Source: the human T2T-CHM13v2.0 reference genome, Homo sapiens
Reading direction: 5' to 3' (one strand)
DNA length: 64,000 nt
Assembly: GCF_009914755.1 (NCBI RefSeq)
Contig: NC_060932.1
Every line of letters begins with the position of its first letter. Within the stretch, counting starts at the first letter, position 1. Shown in pieces: positions 1 to 13,259 of this stretch. The notes beneath the pieces were generated by a model. The model did no database searches. It saw only the letters and a program-made list of their open reading frames with translations, and had not been told where the DNA came from. The position numbers and the translations under genes were made by a program.

Positions 1-52
1 GATGATGGTAGAGGATGATGGTAGAGGATGATGGTAGAGGATGATGGTAGAG
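1..52. repeat. 13-bp tandem repeat (GATGATGGTAGAG)n, cut by the window edge
   Basis: Four consecutive identical copies starting at position 1. Confidence 0.9.
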
Positions 53-379
53 GGAGGGAAAATTAACCACATAAAAAAGAATAAAGAGCGAACAGGGACA
101 CACGGAGCCATGGCCGGCAAGCGTCCTCTCAAATGAGATCCAGACTCTCCTGAGAACCCCGGAGGAGAACATTTAAAGTAATGGTGTCTAACGATTATTG
201 CGAAGATGAAGACAATATCTATAAGAGCGGCGTATTTGGCTAGAAATGCAATACTAATTTCAAATAAATGCATAATTATAGGGCTTTTCAAATAACTGTA
301 AATCATCATTATTTGAAATCACTATTTGAAAAGTTATTTGAAATCTGTAATTCTGTCAGTTCACTCGTAAGCCCCTCAC

Positions 380-553
380 CTGTGCAGTGGGGCAGTGCCC
401 CGCTCCAGTGACTGTCTTCCTGGCACACTCTCGTGTCGTTGCCTATGAGGCTCTCGCTCCCTCTGCAGGAGTAGTGCACGACGGCGCCATAGGTAAACAG
501 CTCTCCAGTGAGGACGGCGTTGGCAGGGACCCCTGGGTGTCCACAGGATATAG
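380..553 (-). CDS. CSMD1: CSMD1 coding exon, Sushi/CCP domain (most 3' exon in the window)
   Basis: ttttatcttttttctgaag|CT ATA TCC TGT...CAC TGC ACA G|gtgagg; 174 nt; AISCGHPGVPANAVLTGELFTYGAVVHYSCRGSESLIGNDTRVCQEDSHWSGALPHCT. Confidence 0.96.
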
Positions 554-2295
554 CTTCAGAAAAAAGATAAAACAATTGAGTACATCCTTCCAGTTAAACC
601 ACTTTGTATTGGAAAATCTCCCATACAGACACCCATACTGACATCATGTATTAAAGAAAAACACCTAAATATTCTGGTACTTATGTAATTTGTGAGAAAT
701 ACCAATTTTCAGATGACACTTCCTCCCCTAATTTCTTTACTGAAAAGGAAAGGTCCCGTTTATGAAGTTTTTGTTTTGCTAAGGTAGCTTTGCTTATGGT
801 AGAAATTTACATGTGGATTTTCAAGGAGACAGCCATACTGCCTACATTTTTCCATCGACCCTTAACTATATTCCAAATGAACAGTATTATAGGAAATTTG
901 CGAAAGTAACATGGATGCATTAAAACTATTTCCACGATGTTTTCAGTTAATATGACAATCATATTCTTTGCTTGCGGACATGATTCTGTCAAATCTGCTT
1001 AATCTTCAAGCTCACATGTCTAAGAAAACCATTCTAACAGTTACTCTTTGAATAAGGGGCAGTCTAATATGTATAAGTAAAATAATAATAATCAATTATT
1101 GATTCATTTGTTCTTCAAATTGTTCTATAAAATAATCTCATTATTTCCCTTCATTTCCTTAAAATTATACCAAATCAGGCCTAAACTCTATTTATAAATA
1201 TCCTTCAAAAAGGCAAACTCTGTAATCCAGATTAAAATAGGATAGTGAAGATTTATTTTTCCTTTACTGTACAGTATCAAATGAGGGCTAGCAATGGACA
1301 AATTTTTATCTATATGCAAAAATAACCGATTTGAGACTACCAAGGAATTACTCAAAGGCGACTGCTTTAGTATCCTAGAGTAATTCCATTTGGTAACGAG
1401 ACACCCAGAAGGGTTATCAACCAGAGAGGTAGATTTGAACGCCTGGAAGCCATGGCCATCCCCTGAGTCATATCAGCCGTCACTTTCTGTCTTACATGGA
1501 CATTGATTCATTGGAGAACCGGATTTTATCCACATAGAGTCCTTAAAAGAAGCCAGTGAGACCTGAAACAGTGAAATGCTGGATAAATGACCATTTCCAG
1601 GTGAAATAAAATTTATATCTTATTTAAATTTTAACCTTCAGTGAAACAATATCACAGCAAAATCAGACATGGAGCTCAGCTGCTCTAGAGCATGGAAAAG
1701 CAAAGGCACCCTGAGATCTTTGGATTCCCAAAGTGACGACAATTCCAACTGTTAATGACACCAAGCGGAGTGAACTGGCCACCCCGGAAAAGGAGAGCCA
1801 GCTAAACCCCAGCTCCTGGAGACTTGAGGAACATCAGCATCAGTACAAAACCAAATGGAAGTCTCACACAAGCCAGTGGAGACATAAAAGAAATGTTCTG
1901 GGACAGACAAAAACAAAACTAAACCAATTTCTATGAAAAATTCCCATGTGTGAAAGCAAGGAAGATGAGAATGCAGACATAATTTGAAGACCGTAACACA
2001 TTTACAGATGCATTTTTTGTTAAATAAGGCTGAGAATTTTTTTGAAAGTTACCACTGTCGTTCTCCACAGGAATTAATTGAATTGTTGAAGTTAGAATTT
2101 GAGATGAGTTTCTGTGTAGATTAGAGGAATGTGAGGGAAACTCACTTGGAGAAAAAAAAAAAAACTGCAACACTAACCCATTCTCAAAATACACTTCACA
2201 ATGCTAAAACTGAAAAGGCAAGAGGCATTATCCCTTTTATTGTGTATGTGGTAGATCCGATTCATAATGTAAGTGCCATTTCCCTCCTCATTTCT

Positions 2296-2577
2296 ATTTT
2301 TATTTTTTTAGAGATGGGGATTTGTTTGCTGGCCAGCCTGGAGTGCAGTGGTGCAATCGTAACTCCTGGACTCAAGTGATCCTGCCACCTCAGCCTCCCA
2401 ATGTGCTGGGACTATAGGCATGTGCCACCATGCCCCACTAGTTTTTATTTTATTTTTTGTAGAGATGGAGTCTGGCTAGGTTGTCCAAGTTGATCTAGAA
2501 CTCCTGGCCTCAAGAGATCCACCTTCCCTGGCCTCCCAAAATGCTGGGATTACAGGTGTGAGTCACGGCACCTGGCC
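2296..2577 (-). mobile_element. AluJ-type SINE
   Basis: Reverse-complement Alu dimer (GGAGTGCAGTGGTGCAATC...CTCCCAAAATGCTGGGATTACAGG) with J-type features. Confidence 0.9.
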
Positions 2578-2979
2578 TCCACTTTCTTTATGGATGTAAA
2601 ATGCATAGGACAAAGATCAGATTTTGATTTTAAGGATTGCTTTGCTTCTGCCTAATTTCAAAAAGACTAAAGAGAGTAACACCTTTTCCTAAATCTTCAG
2701 ACTATGATCTTAAGACATGATTCTCTTTTAGTTAACAGTCAATCTGATTTTTTTTTCAAGTCAAAGAAAATAACACTTTGGCTATTTGGGTAAAATGATA
2801 TATTCTTGCTAATCTTCATGGTCTAAAATACACTGACAATAAAGCTGTAAGAGGGGCCATAAGGATCATCTATAATTATCTCTGCCCAGAAGAACACATC
2901 CATTTTTCAGAGCCATATCCCTTCCCCTGATTTAAAGATTCAATTCACAAGCCAATTACTATCAGGATATGAGGTTTTT

Positions 2980-4014
2980 TTTAAAAAAAAAAGAAAGAAA
3001 GAAAAAAAGATTTAATAACAACTTTATTCATTTATTTTTTATCTTTATTTAAGTTCTGGGATGCATGTGCAGGGTGTGTAGGTTTGTTACGCAGGGAAAT
3101 GTGTGCCATGGTGGTTTGCTGCACCTATCAATCCATCACCTAGGTACCAAGCCCCATATGCATTAGCTATTTATCCTGATGCTCTCCCTCCCCCTACCCT
3201 ACTGACAGGCCTCAGTGAGTGTTGGTCCTCTCCCTGTGTCTATGTGTTCAGCTCCTACTTATAAGTGAGAATTTGTGGTGTTTGGTTTTCTGTTCCTGCA
3301 TTAGTTTGCAGAGGATAATGGCTTCCAAGCTCCATCCATGTCTCTGCAAAGGACATAATCTCATTCTTTTTTATGGCTGCATCACGTTCCACGGTGTGTA
3401 TGTACCACGTTTTCTTTATTCAGTGTTTTACTGATGGGCACTTGGGTTGATTCCATGTGTTGTTATTGTGAATAGTGCTGCAGTGAACATACACATGCAT
3501 GTATCATGGGATCTAACTAAACAAAAGAGCTTTAGCACTGCAAAAGAAACTATCCTCAGAGTGAACACACAACCAACAGAATGGATGAAAATCGTTGCAA
3601 TCTATCCATCTGACAAAGGTCTAATATCCAGAATCTACAAGGAACTTAAACAAATTTACAAGAAAAAAACAACCCCATTAAAAAGTGGGCAAAGGACATG
3701 AACAGACACTTCTCAAAAGAAGACATTTATGTGGCCAATAAACATATGAAAAAAGCTCAACATCACTGATCATAAGGGAAATGCAAATCAAAACTACAAT
3801 GAGATACCATCTCATGCCTGTCAGAATGGCAATTATTAAAAAGTCAAGAAACAACAGATGCTGGCGAGGCTGTGGAGAAATAGGAATGATTTTACACTGT
3901 TGGTGGAATGTAAATTAGTTGAATCATTTTGGAAGACAGTGTAGCGATTCCTCAAAGACCTAGAATAAGAAATACCATTTGACCCAGCAATCCCACTACT
4001 GGGTATATACTCAA
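2980..4014 (-). mobile_element. 5'-inverted (twin-primed) L1PA insertion: 3' end on minus strand ~3023-3505, inverted ORF2 piece on plus strand ~3506-4018
   Basis: L1 3'UTR in reverse abuts a plus-strand ORF2 fragment (WDLTKQKSF...[15 protein letters not shown]); perfect 16-bp TSD AGGATATGAGGTTTTT at 2964-2979 and 4015-4030. Confidence 0.92.
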
Positions 4015-4540
4015 AGGATATGAGGTTTTTATTGTAGTCACCATGGACTGTACCAGGAATGCTCACAAAACCCAATCAGGTCTCACAGCACTCCCTTCTT
4101 TGGCCGTAGATGCCAGGTCAACAGACAGAAACTCCACACCAGAGCACTTCGCCCACCTGGGCTGAGCGAGAGTAAGACGCCTGGCGGGGAGGTCCTGGCT
4201 GCCGTGTCTGAGCTGTGTGGACCAGGCCTACCTGGTAGGCTGAGGCTGAAGGCAAGCCATGAGAAAAACAGATAAAGGCATCATTGTCCAAGTGGCATCC
4301 AATAACCTGGGTCATTTCTCCTGAGCATACCAGCATCCCCCGACCCTTCAAATTTGCTGAAGTTGTATTTGGTGATTTCTGGCCACTCGATCTACAGCTA
4401 TCATAAAAACTCCTACAATTGGTGATGGGAGGACAGAAGGAATTAAAATTCAGTGCCTTTTAAATATACTTACGGAATTTTCTGCTGATGGTGACCTTGC
4501 AGGGGTCTGTGCACAGAAATTGGGAATAACCCTGACTTAC

Positions 4541-4729
4541 CCAAACACTTGGGCAGGGATCGGTCCCATAAGCCATTTGCCATACAGGTCAAGGCTGAAG
4601 ATCCCAGCAAGTAAAATCCCTTCTTGCAATGGTACAGGATACTCATTCCATACTCAAAACTCTCAGGGAAGTTCTGTTGCCCGTGACGAATGGCATTTTC
4701 CACAAAGCCTGGATCAGAACAGTTCACCA
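4541..4729 (-). CDS. CSMD1: CSMD1 coding exon, Sushi/CCP domain
   Basis: ttttattttctag|TG GTG AAC TGT...AAG TGT TTG G|gtaagt; 189 nt; VVNCSDPGFVENAIRHGQQNFPESFEYGMSILYHCKKGFYLLGSSALTCMANGLWDRSLPKCL. Confidence 0.96.
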
Positions 4730-6240
4730 CTAGAAAATAAAACATTTCACACACCATTTAGAAACAGCTAGAAATAACAACAAAATAGATCAGAAATGAA
4801 GGCGAATTCCTCATCATTTTAGAAAGTTCAAAAACTGACAACATGATGGCTGAGGCTCATGAAATTCCACTCTCACGATGAATTCTCCGCTTTGGACCAC
4901 TCTTTTTCAAGAGGTGTCAAGAACTGGTCGACCACGATAGCAATTTTCACGTGAGGCTAATTTCCTCTATTTCCTAGTAATGTTTATTCAACGTAAATTC
5001 TGAAGTTAGTTTCCTTGGTTAAGTTTTTGTGTTCTAATAATGGTCAAATAGAACTAGCTGAGGTTCGTTTAAATATTTTTACTCAAGTGTGGTGTTTTAG
5101 AACAGTCTGTGGCACACCAGTTAATTACCCCCCAACACACATACACACCTACTTGCATTAGTGCTTTAATATGTGTGCCTAAAATAATTTTGCTCTATGT
5201 AGAACGCAACTAAAAATGACAATTATTCCATCAACACCTAACAGAAATGCAAATCAAGCCAGCCTCTGACTTAGGCCTCTTCTCCTTTTAGAAACAGGTC
5301 CGTGGTGAGGCAGTCTTCTGCGGCATGCGGGACATGCTGTGGTTCCTCTGAAAGGCATTAGCCTGAATGCCTGTTGGCGTCTGTGAGGGAATTAGCGATG
5401 TGCTTTTGCAGGTGCAGAGGAAAAGAAAGAACTCTGATTACCTCATGCTTTGACCCACCCCACCAGTGAATGAGGCAGCTGTTCCAGAGGCCACAGTCTC
5501 TCCAGATATTTCTGGCTCAGAAAAGCACTGTGCAAATGAATCTCGGGCGGCCTCTGCACATCATGAGTCCCAGAAGCTGAAGACAAACCCTGTACCCAAA
5601 CTGTGCGTTTTATTTCTTCTCTATTCAAAAAAGGAAGGCAGAGGGCAGAATCAAGGCTTACAGTGTTCCCTTTTAGTGCAGTAGAATAATGTTCTATGCT
5701 TCCTAAAACACCCCTGAGTTTACAGAAGAAAGTCTTGAGTTCTTTTGAATCAAAAAAGCCAAAACAAACAAAAAGCCATGTGTGAAGTTCGGGCAAATAA
5801 TTTTTAAGGCATGTACATGCCCCTACAGGGCATGTATCTGCAATACAATTGTAACCAAATCTCTGAAATAGCAGGAATTACCTAATGTGAGAAATTCTAA
5901 TTAACTTGAAAATGTGATTATTTGTATAACCTGGAAGACACCCACATCGTCCCATTCTTACATCAAGCATAAGAGATGGAATCAGCTCCCCCATGCCATA
6001 CTTTCATAAGGAGACGGACAGTCCCGGGCTGGAACACTAAAGATATTTTTGTGTTTATGTTTGTGCTTATGTTGCTCTTAGGAGACTGTCCAAAAATAAT
6101 TTCAAACTGTGTTTGTAATCAAAGCAGAGAAAGCCACTTAGGAGAAATGAGTGGAAGACTTTGACCATCTCCCACTAAGGATGACCGAGAGAAACCAAAT
6201 GGCCCCGGGATGCCAAAGGCCAGATTGAGCTGATGCCACC

Positions 6241-6440
6241 ATTTCTCCTCCTCCTCCTCCTCCTCCTCCTCCTCCATTTCCTCCTCCACCTCTGTGTCCT
6301 TTCTTCCTCCTCCTCTTCCTTCTTCTCCTCCTCCACCTCCTTGTCCTCTCCTCCTCCTTTTCTTCCTCCTCCTCCTCTTCTTCCATCCCTCTCTTCCTTC
6401 TCTTTCTCCTCCTCCTTCTCTTTCTCCTCCTCCTTATCAT
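6241..6440. repeat. (CCT/CTT)n polypyrimidine low-complexity tract
   Basis: About 200 nt of almost pure C/T triplet-like repeats. Confidence 0.95.
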
Positions 6441-7511
6441 TTTCATCTTCTCTTTGGCCCAGCCTCTCTTAAAGGTTCACTGGCAGACATTTATTTACTG
6501 GTGCAGTAACAACAGGATCCAGTCACACCCTTCTCCTTGCAGGCAGAGAACCAAATGTTCTCTGAGTTCCACCACGGCTGGTGAAGGGGAATTTACAATA
6601 TGTGAGGTTCATAACCTTGCTCTGAAACTAAGGACTAAAATTCTCTTTAAGGGTCACTCTTGCCGTGGAAAGAGGTGCGCAGGAGACAATAAACCCCTCA
6701 TTCTTGTAAATCATTTTGCAACCTTACATTGCATTAGAATTGCTTGGAGGATGTGTATTAAAATGCTAAGCCCTAAGTTCCTACCCTTTCCTTTACCTAG
6801 TTCACTACCCTTAAAATATTTTGAGCAGTAAAAAATGTTTGAAAGCAATAAATATTCCTTGAGCCCCATGTGGGGAAACTCAGTGGATCCTAAAATGGAA
6901 GAAGCATGGATACAAATACTCTAAATCTTCTCATGCACCTTTTCAGTCCTACATAGAGTTGCAGTCAGAAGTCTTTCTTTATGTTCCTTCCTATTTAATT
7001 CTGAGGCTCCAATAGGAGATACAGCTGCAACTATGTGCTGGAGGAAAAACGGGGCAGGAATAATTTGATTTATTTGTCCATGATAGAACTTCCATACCAT
7101 TGTTGCAAATGGGTGTGTTTTACTGTACAGAGAAGAATTTATCTGCCAGAAGAGTTTGTTAGTGACCAACCAATCCACACAAGCACCTTTCCCATCTGTA
7201 TTTGTTTTGTCATTTTCTATGTGAACAATTCCTATCCAGGGATCTGATGGAAAGAGGCTTATGTGAGTGACAGGTGAGCTATTGGTTTGTAAACTAGAAG
7301 GAGAAATGGCCAGTGAAGTTCATGGTGCGGAGATATGTCAGGCCCACCTGCAGCGACTCCAGACCTGGTTCATGACATGCTGTTAAGTATAGGGTAATGC
7401 GTCAGAAAGAAATAAAGAGGCTCACTCTAGACGGCTGCACCTCATCTTAACATCTTAATGCCTAATACACTAAGACTTGATTTCCAAGTGTGAAAACCTG
7501 ACATGGAACCT

Positions 7512-7627
7512 GATTTTGTCAGCTGGGAGGAATGAGAACACTGATGTCTTATATACATACAGCTCAGCGTGGATTTTGTCAGCTGGAAGGAATGAGAACA
7601 TGATGTCTTATATACATTCAGCCCAGC
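7512..7627. repeat. ~60-bp tandem duplication (2 copies)
   Basis: GATTTTGTCAGCTGG(G/A)AGGAATGAGAACA(C)TGATGTCTTATATACAT.CAGC.CAGC occurs twice head-to-tail. Confidence 0.9.
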
Positions 7628-8005
7628 AGGGAGAAGTTCAAATGAACACACAGGCTGTGTTCTGTGGCGAAAGCTGGGTATGTGGAAAGGTAAAAGAAGA
7701 AATTAATACCGGGATCAATAACAGGTCCAAAGTCACAATGACAATTGAACTAGAAATACATAAGAATCAGGACTCCTGAACACATGTCTGGTATAGCATA
7801 ATAATAAAAGGCATCAGCATTCCTTGGTGACAGGAATCCCAGTTGCACCCCACCCCTTTTTCCTGGAGAGGACCAGCTGGAAATCTTAGCCCTCGATAGG
7901 ATTCTAGAGGTGACTCATTAAGCTATTTTCTCTACTCTATATACACTCCTTACTCAGAGATGTCTTCTTAAAGATGCTCAAGTTGACATACGAATATGGG
8001 TAACA

Positions 8006-8335
<330 letters not shown>

Positions 8336-9026
8336 CTATTGTTTATTCTCTTTCAAACTTTCTTGAGGATCATGGAGGTCCTTCCTATCCAGTAATGTCC
8401 CCATTCTCAGTTAAGTGAACGTACTGATCGCCTGATGAAGGAAGCCTGAAAACACTGTGTTTTGAGATTTGATGGTGAATTATTTGAGCAGTTTTGCCAG
8501 CTCTAAGAGGGATCACTGTTCCCGTGGCATGCCTCACACCGTAGTAGGTCTCAGCAAAGCACCCGCACTATGACCGCGGCTCCACCTCCAGGAGCTGCCC
8601 TGTCCTGCCATGTGCTCACTAACCAGTGTTTCCCTTTTAATTCCCTTCTTGGGGACAGGAAGCAAGGTGTGCTCCACATCCTCGCTTCTTTCCAGAACCC
8701 AAAGCAATGGCAGTGTTTTCCTGAAAAACTCCCTAATGACAGAGAAACGTGATAATTCCCATCCCAGGTTCCTTCTCCAGCTGTTGATCAATAGAAACGA
8801 AGCCACCTGTCTGCACGCTGGTCTCTTATAGGCAGCTTGGCTCTAAGCTGAAGGGCAGTAACAGGGCATCACATAAGAGTCTGGTGTCCTCTCCATGGCA
8901 CAGATGCTGGGCTCTTCGGGCAGACGACTCCTAACATAACTTTGCAGGATTCGTATCTATTCGATTCCAGCCTGTTATGTGATGAGGAAACACCGTGAAC
9001 ACTTCAACTGTTTTTTAATTAGATAA

Positions 9027-9417
<391 letters not shown>

Positions 9418-10224
9418 TTTCTGTTGTATATTTTTAACTTCATTTATTTATTCATTAAAATGTATTACTTAACGATAATTATAGATAAGGCTTTACTTGA
9501 AGGCTCTGAGATGATTAGAGCAGAACCGTGGACTTTCACTTGTATATCCAAAATTTGGCAAAAAATTGTAAATCTAATCGTAACCCAAAGTAAAGCACTT
9601 CCCAGTCTTTGGCATCAGCACTCTTTCCTACAAGCACAATAGTTTTTAAAGAAAGTATAAGCAACTATGATCGAGGTCGTGCCTAACTTCTTATTTTTGT
9701 AGAAGCTCTGCCTGGGGCCAAATTTGTTCTTATGTGTGTTGATTTTGAAAGGCAAACCATGGAAATAAAGCTTAGTTTTTAAATTTCAATATAATTATTA
9801 TACAAAAAGGAAAAGTAAAATCGAAACTGTCAGATTAAACTTTAAAAGCTAAATGCTATGGGCTAAGCTTTTATGTGAAATTAAAAATTAATATTAAGCA
9901 AAATTGGCAGAAATACACTGTTACAGTATGAACTGGTAACTCCTGTTCCCTGAGCAAATAGAAAACTGTTAATTACTAAGAAAAAAAATAAAACCAACTT
10001 AGTGCAAGTTCTGTTTTTAAATGGCTGTGAGTGACATTCTGAGAATAAAAGGCAACTAACTTTCCATACATTTGGAGGTGCACTGAGAGACCATCCGTTT
10101 ATGTCGCTGCCTCAAATCGGATTCACAGGAAACGTCTGATCCACGTCTGTCAAATTCTGCTCACTGGGGCAACCCTCAACAGCAGTGACTGGGAGCCGAG
10201 CAAACGCACAGGAGGGAGAGGTAG

Positions 10225-10578
<354 letters not shown>

Positions 10579-11246
10579 TCATTCTTTTACTTCATGAGTG
10601 CTGGATGAACGGCCAGCGAAGATGAGCAAATAGAAGTTGTCAGAGACACATAGTGGTAATTTTGGGTCTAGGAAGTCAGGAATCCCAACAAGCCCAGCAT
10701 CCCGTGCAAAGCACATGGGTTTGGAGGTAATAAACTTTTCAATCGTCCATACCACCATCGACTTCAGATTCTGTTGGTGTTTTTTAACTCACACATATTT
10801 ATGCACGTATTTAATCCAACACGTTTGACTACACATCACCTGGACAAGAGGTTTACATACCCAACTTAAAAAATACATTGAAAATGTTTTAAAGTATAAC
10901 TTCTTTAAGTTTGAATTTTAAGTTAACAGTTAACTCTGAACAGATACTGGAACAAATCAGACCTGAGCTTAAAATTTTGGCAGAAAAACCATTATTTTAA
11001 GACCATCATTGGCCTCAAAGCGACTCAAAATCAATATACGTCCCAATATAAACTGTGACACAATTTTTATGTCACAAAAATTGTGTACAGAATATAGAAA
11101 CCTTAATTCTGTAAGCAGACTGGAAATATACCATGTTCAAAGCTTTATTTTGTTTTCAAAAAGAATCCTGTGGCCCCATCATGCCTGTATCACTAGCTTC
11201 TGCCTAGTTCAGGAACACGCAAAACACATGATATTTCCACATGTAA

Positions 11247-11426
11247 GTGAGGGAGGAGACTGTGGTGTGATACTGCTACACTGTTTCACCACGTGAGGCA
11301 GGAGACTGTGGTGTGATACTGCTACACTGCTTCACCACGTGAGGGAGGAGACTGGTGTGATACTGCTACACTGTTTCACCACGTGAGGGAGGAGACTGGT
11401 GTGATACTGCTACACTGTTTCACCAC
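11247..11426. repeat. 44-46-bp minisatellite, 4 copies
   Basis: Unit GTGAGGGAGGAGACT(GT)GGTGTGATACTGCTACACTGTTTCACCAC starting at 11247, 11293, 11339 and 11383. Confidence 0.95.
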
Positions 11427-11834
11427 TTTCCTTACAAAGGTTCTATACAAAGTCACTAAATTACACAATGCATAGGCAATATATAGGCAATACTCCTTAT
11501 AGTTTTCTTCTGAAATTTTACTTTTCTTAAAAAAAATATTCAATGAAGTATAACTGATAAAGTTTAAAGGGCACTGTTCAAACAAACATTGTCAACTGAT
11601 TGACATACAAGGAAGAAAGTCATAGGAGAGGGTGACTCAGCTTCACTCAAGGAGCTCAGTGGGAAATCAGGCAAGGCCTTAAGAAGTTGCTTTGTCTTAA
11701 CAATAGCTGCCCGGAGCAACAGGTGGACGGGTCTGGTACTTTCAATTTATTCTACAAGGAAACCGGAAATGTGCTCCAGGAGGCCCCAGTGGCTTCTGAA
11801 CTGCTCCTTCTACATTCTTTGCATATTGTGATCG

Positions 11835-12013
11835 AAAAGAAAGAAGGGAAGGGAAGGGGAGGGGAGGGAAGGGAAGGGGAAGGGGAAGGGGAAGGGGAAG
11901 GGGAAGGGAAAGGGGAAGGGAAAGGGGAAGCGGAAGGGGAGAGAGGGAGGGAGGGAGAAAACCGTCTCCATAGAAGAAGGAAGGAAGGAAGGAAGGAAAG
12001 AAGGGAGGGAGGG
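11835..12013. repeat. (GGGGAA)n / (GGAA)n polypurine tract
   Basis: Runs of GGGGAA and GAAG read directly from the sequence. Confidence 0.95.
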
Positions 12014-12299
12014 ACTGATAACCAGGTTACAGCTATAGTTTTGGCTTTTAGGTGTGATAAAAGAAATACGTTATAATTTATTGTAATTGACAATTGTAAT
12101 TGATTGCCTGACTTTCCTGCGATAATATAAACTTTGAAGAGGAAATTCAGATTCCCTGAGGACTCACTGTCTGCCAGGCACTTGGCCAAGCATTGGTTTA
12201 TCTAGAGCTCTCAAAAACCTATGAAGAGGGTACTGTGGCTACCACTTCCTTGATTCTTCATCTAAGAAAACTGCTGTTCTCCCAGGAAGTCGAGCATGA

Positions 12300-12734
<435 letters not shown>

Positions 12735-12798
12735 TCTCTAGTTCATTTTTTACCAAAGAAAATATGCCTAATGCAAAGGAAAAACATTGCAGGAAATA

Positions 12799-12874
12799 TT
12801 AATTTGGTGCAAAAGTAATTGCGGTTTTTACTACAGCAATAGCAAAAACCGCAATTACTTTTGCATCGACCTAA
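12799..12874. mobile_element. MADE1 (Hsmar1-derived mariner MITE)
   Basis: Inverted arms TGCAAAAGTAATTGCGGTTTTT (12808-12829) and AAAAACCGCAATTACTTTTGCA (12844-12865); TA dinucleotides on both flanks. Confidence 0.93.
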
Positions 12875-13259
12875 TAACACAAGGAAGTGGCATATGCAAA
12901 TTCTCTACACCATCATATTTACATCTTGACTTCAGAGACTCTTGCAAGTACATTCCCTCTTAACTGATTTTAACTCAGCCCTAAGGCAAAGTTAGAACTA
13001 ATTCTTAATGGTCTCTCCGACTATATTATTTCCAGGCTTTGGATGTATTTTTCTATCATATTTTACTGATAAAATAATAAACAGCTTATATTAAGGGCAT
13101 TTAGCATTTGCAGGTCAAGAAGAAAGGCAAGTTAACTCTCTGAGCTATTAAAATTTTAATTAAAGAGGCATTAATTTTATAAGGATAATTCTTGACATGA
13201 AAAATTCTTCATGATATATGATTACACAAAAAGGCAGGTTATAAAAGAGTCCATAGGAA

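Noticed and set aside
309-575. Treating the six Sushi-containing ORF-track entries as stand-alone small proteins
   Set aside because: Their N- and C-terminal extensions are intronic read-through; AG/GT boundaries delimit exons that splice in frame into CSMD1
6138-6509. Arg/Glu/Gly-rich and Ser/Pro-rich ORFs
   Set aside because: Translations of the (CCT)n low-complexity tract
11687-12189. GE-repeat and SP-repeat ORFs
   Set aside because: Translations of the (GGGGAA)n tract
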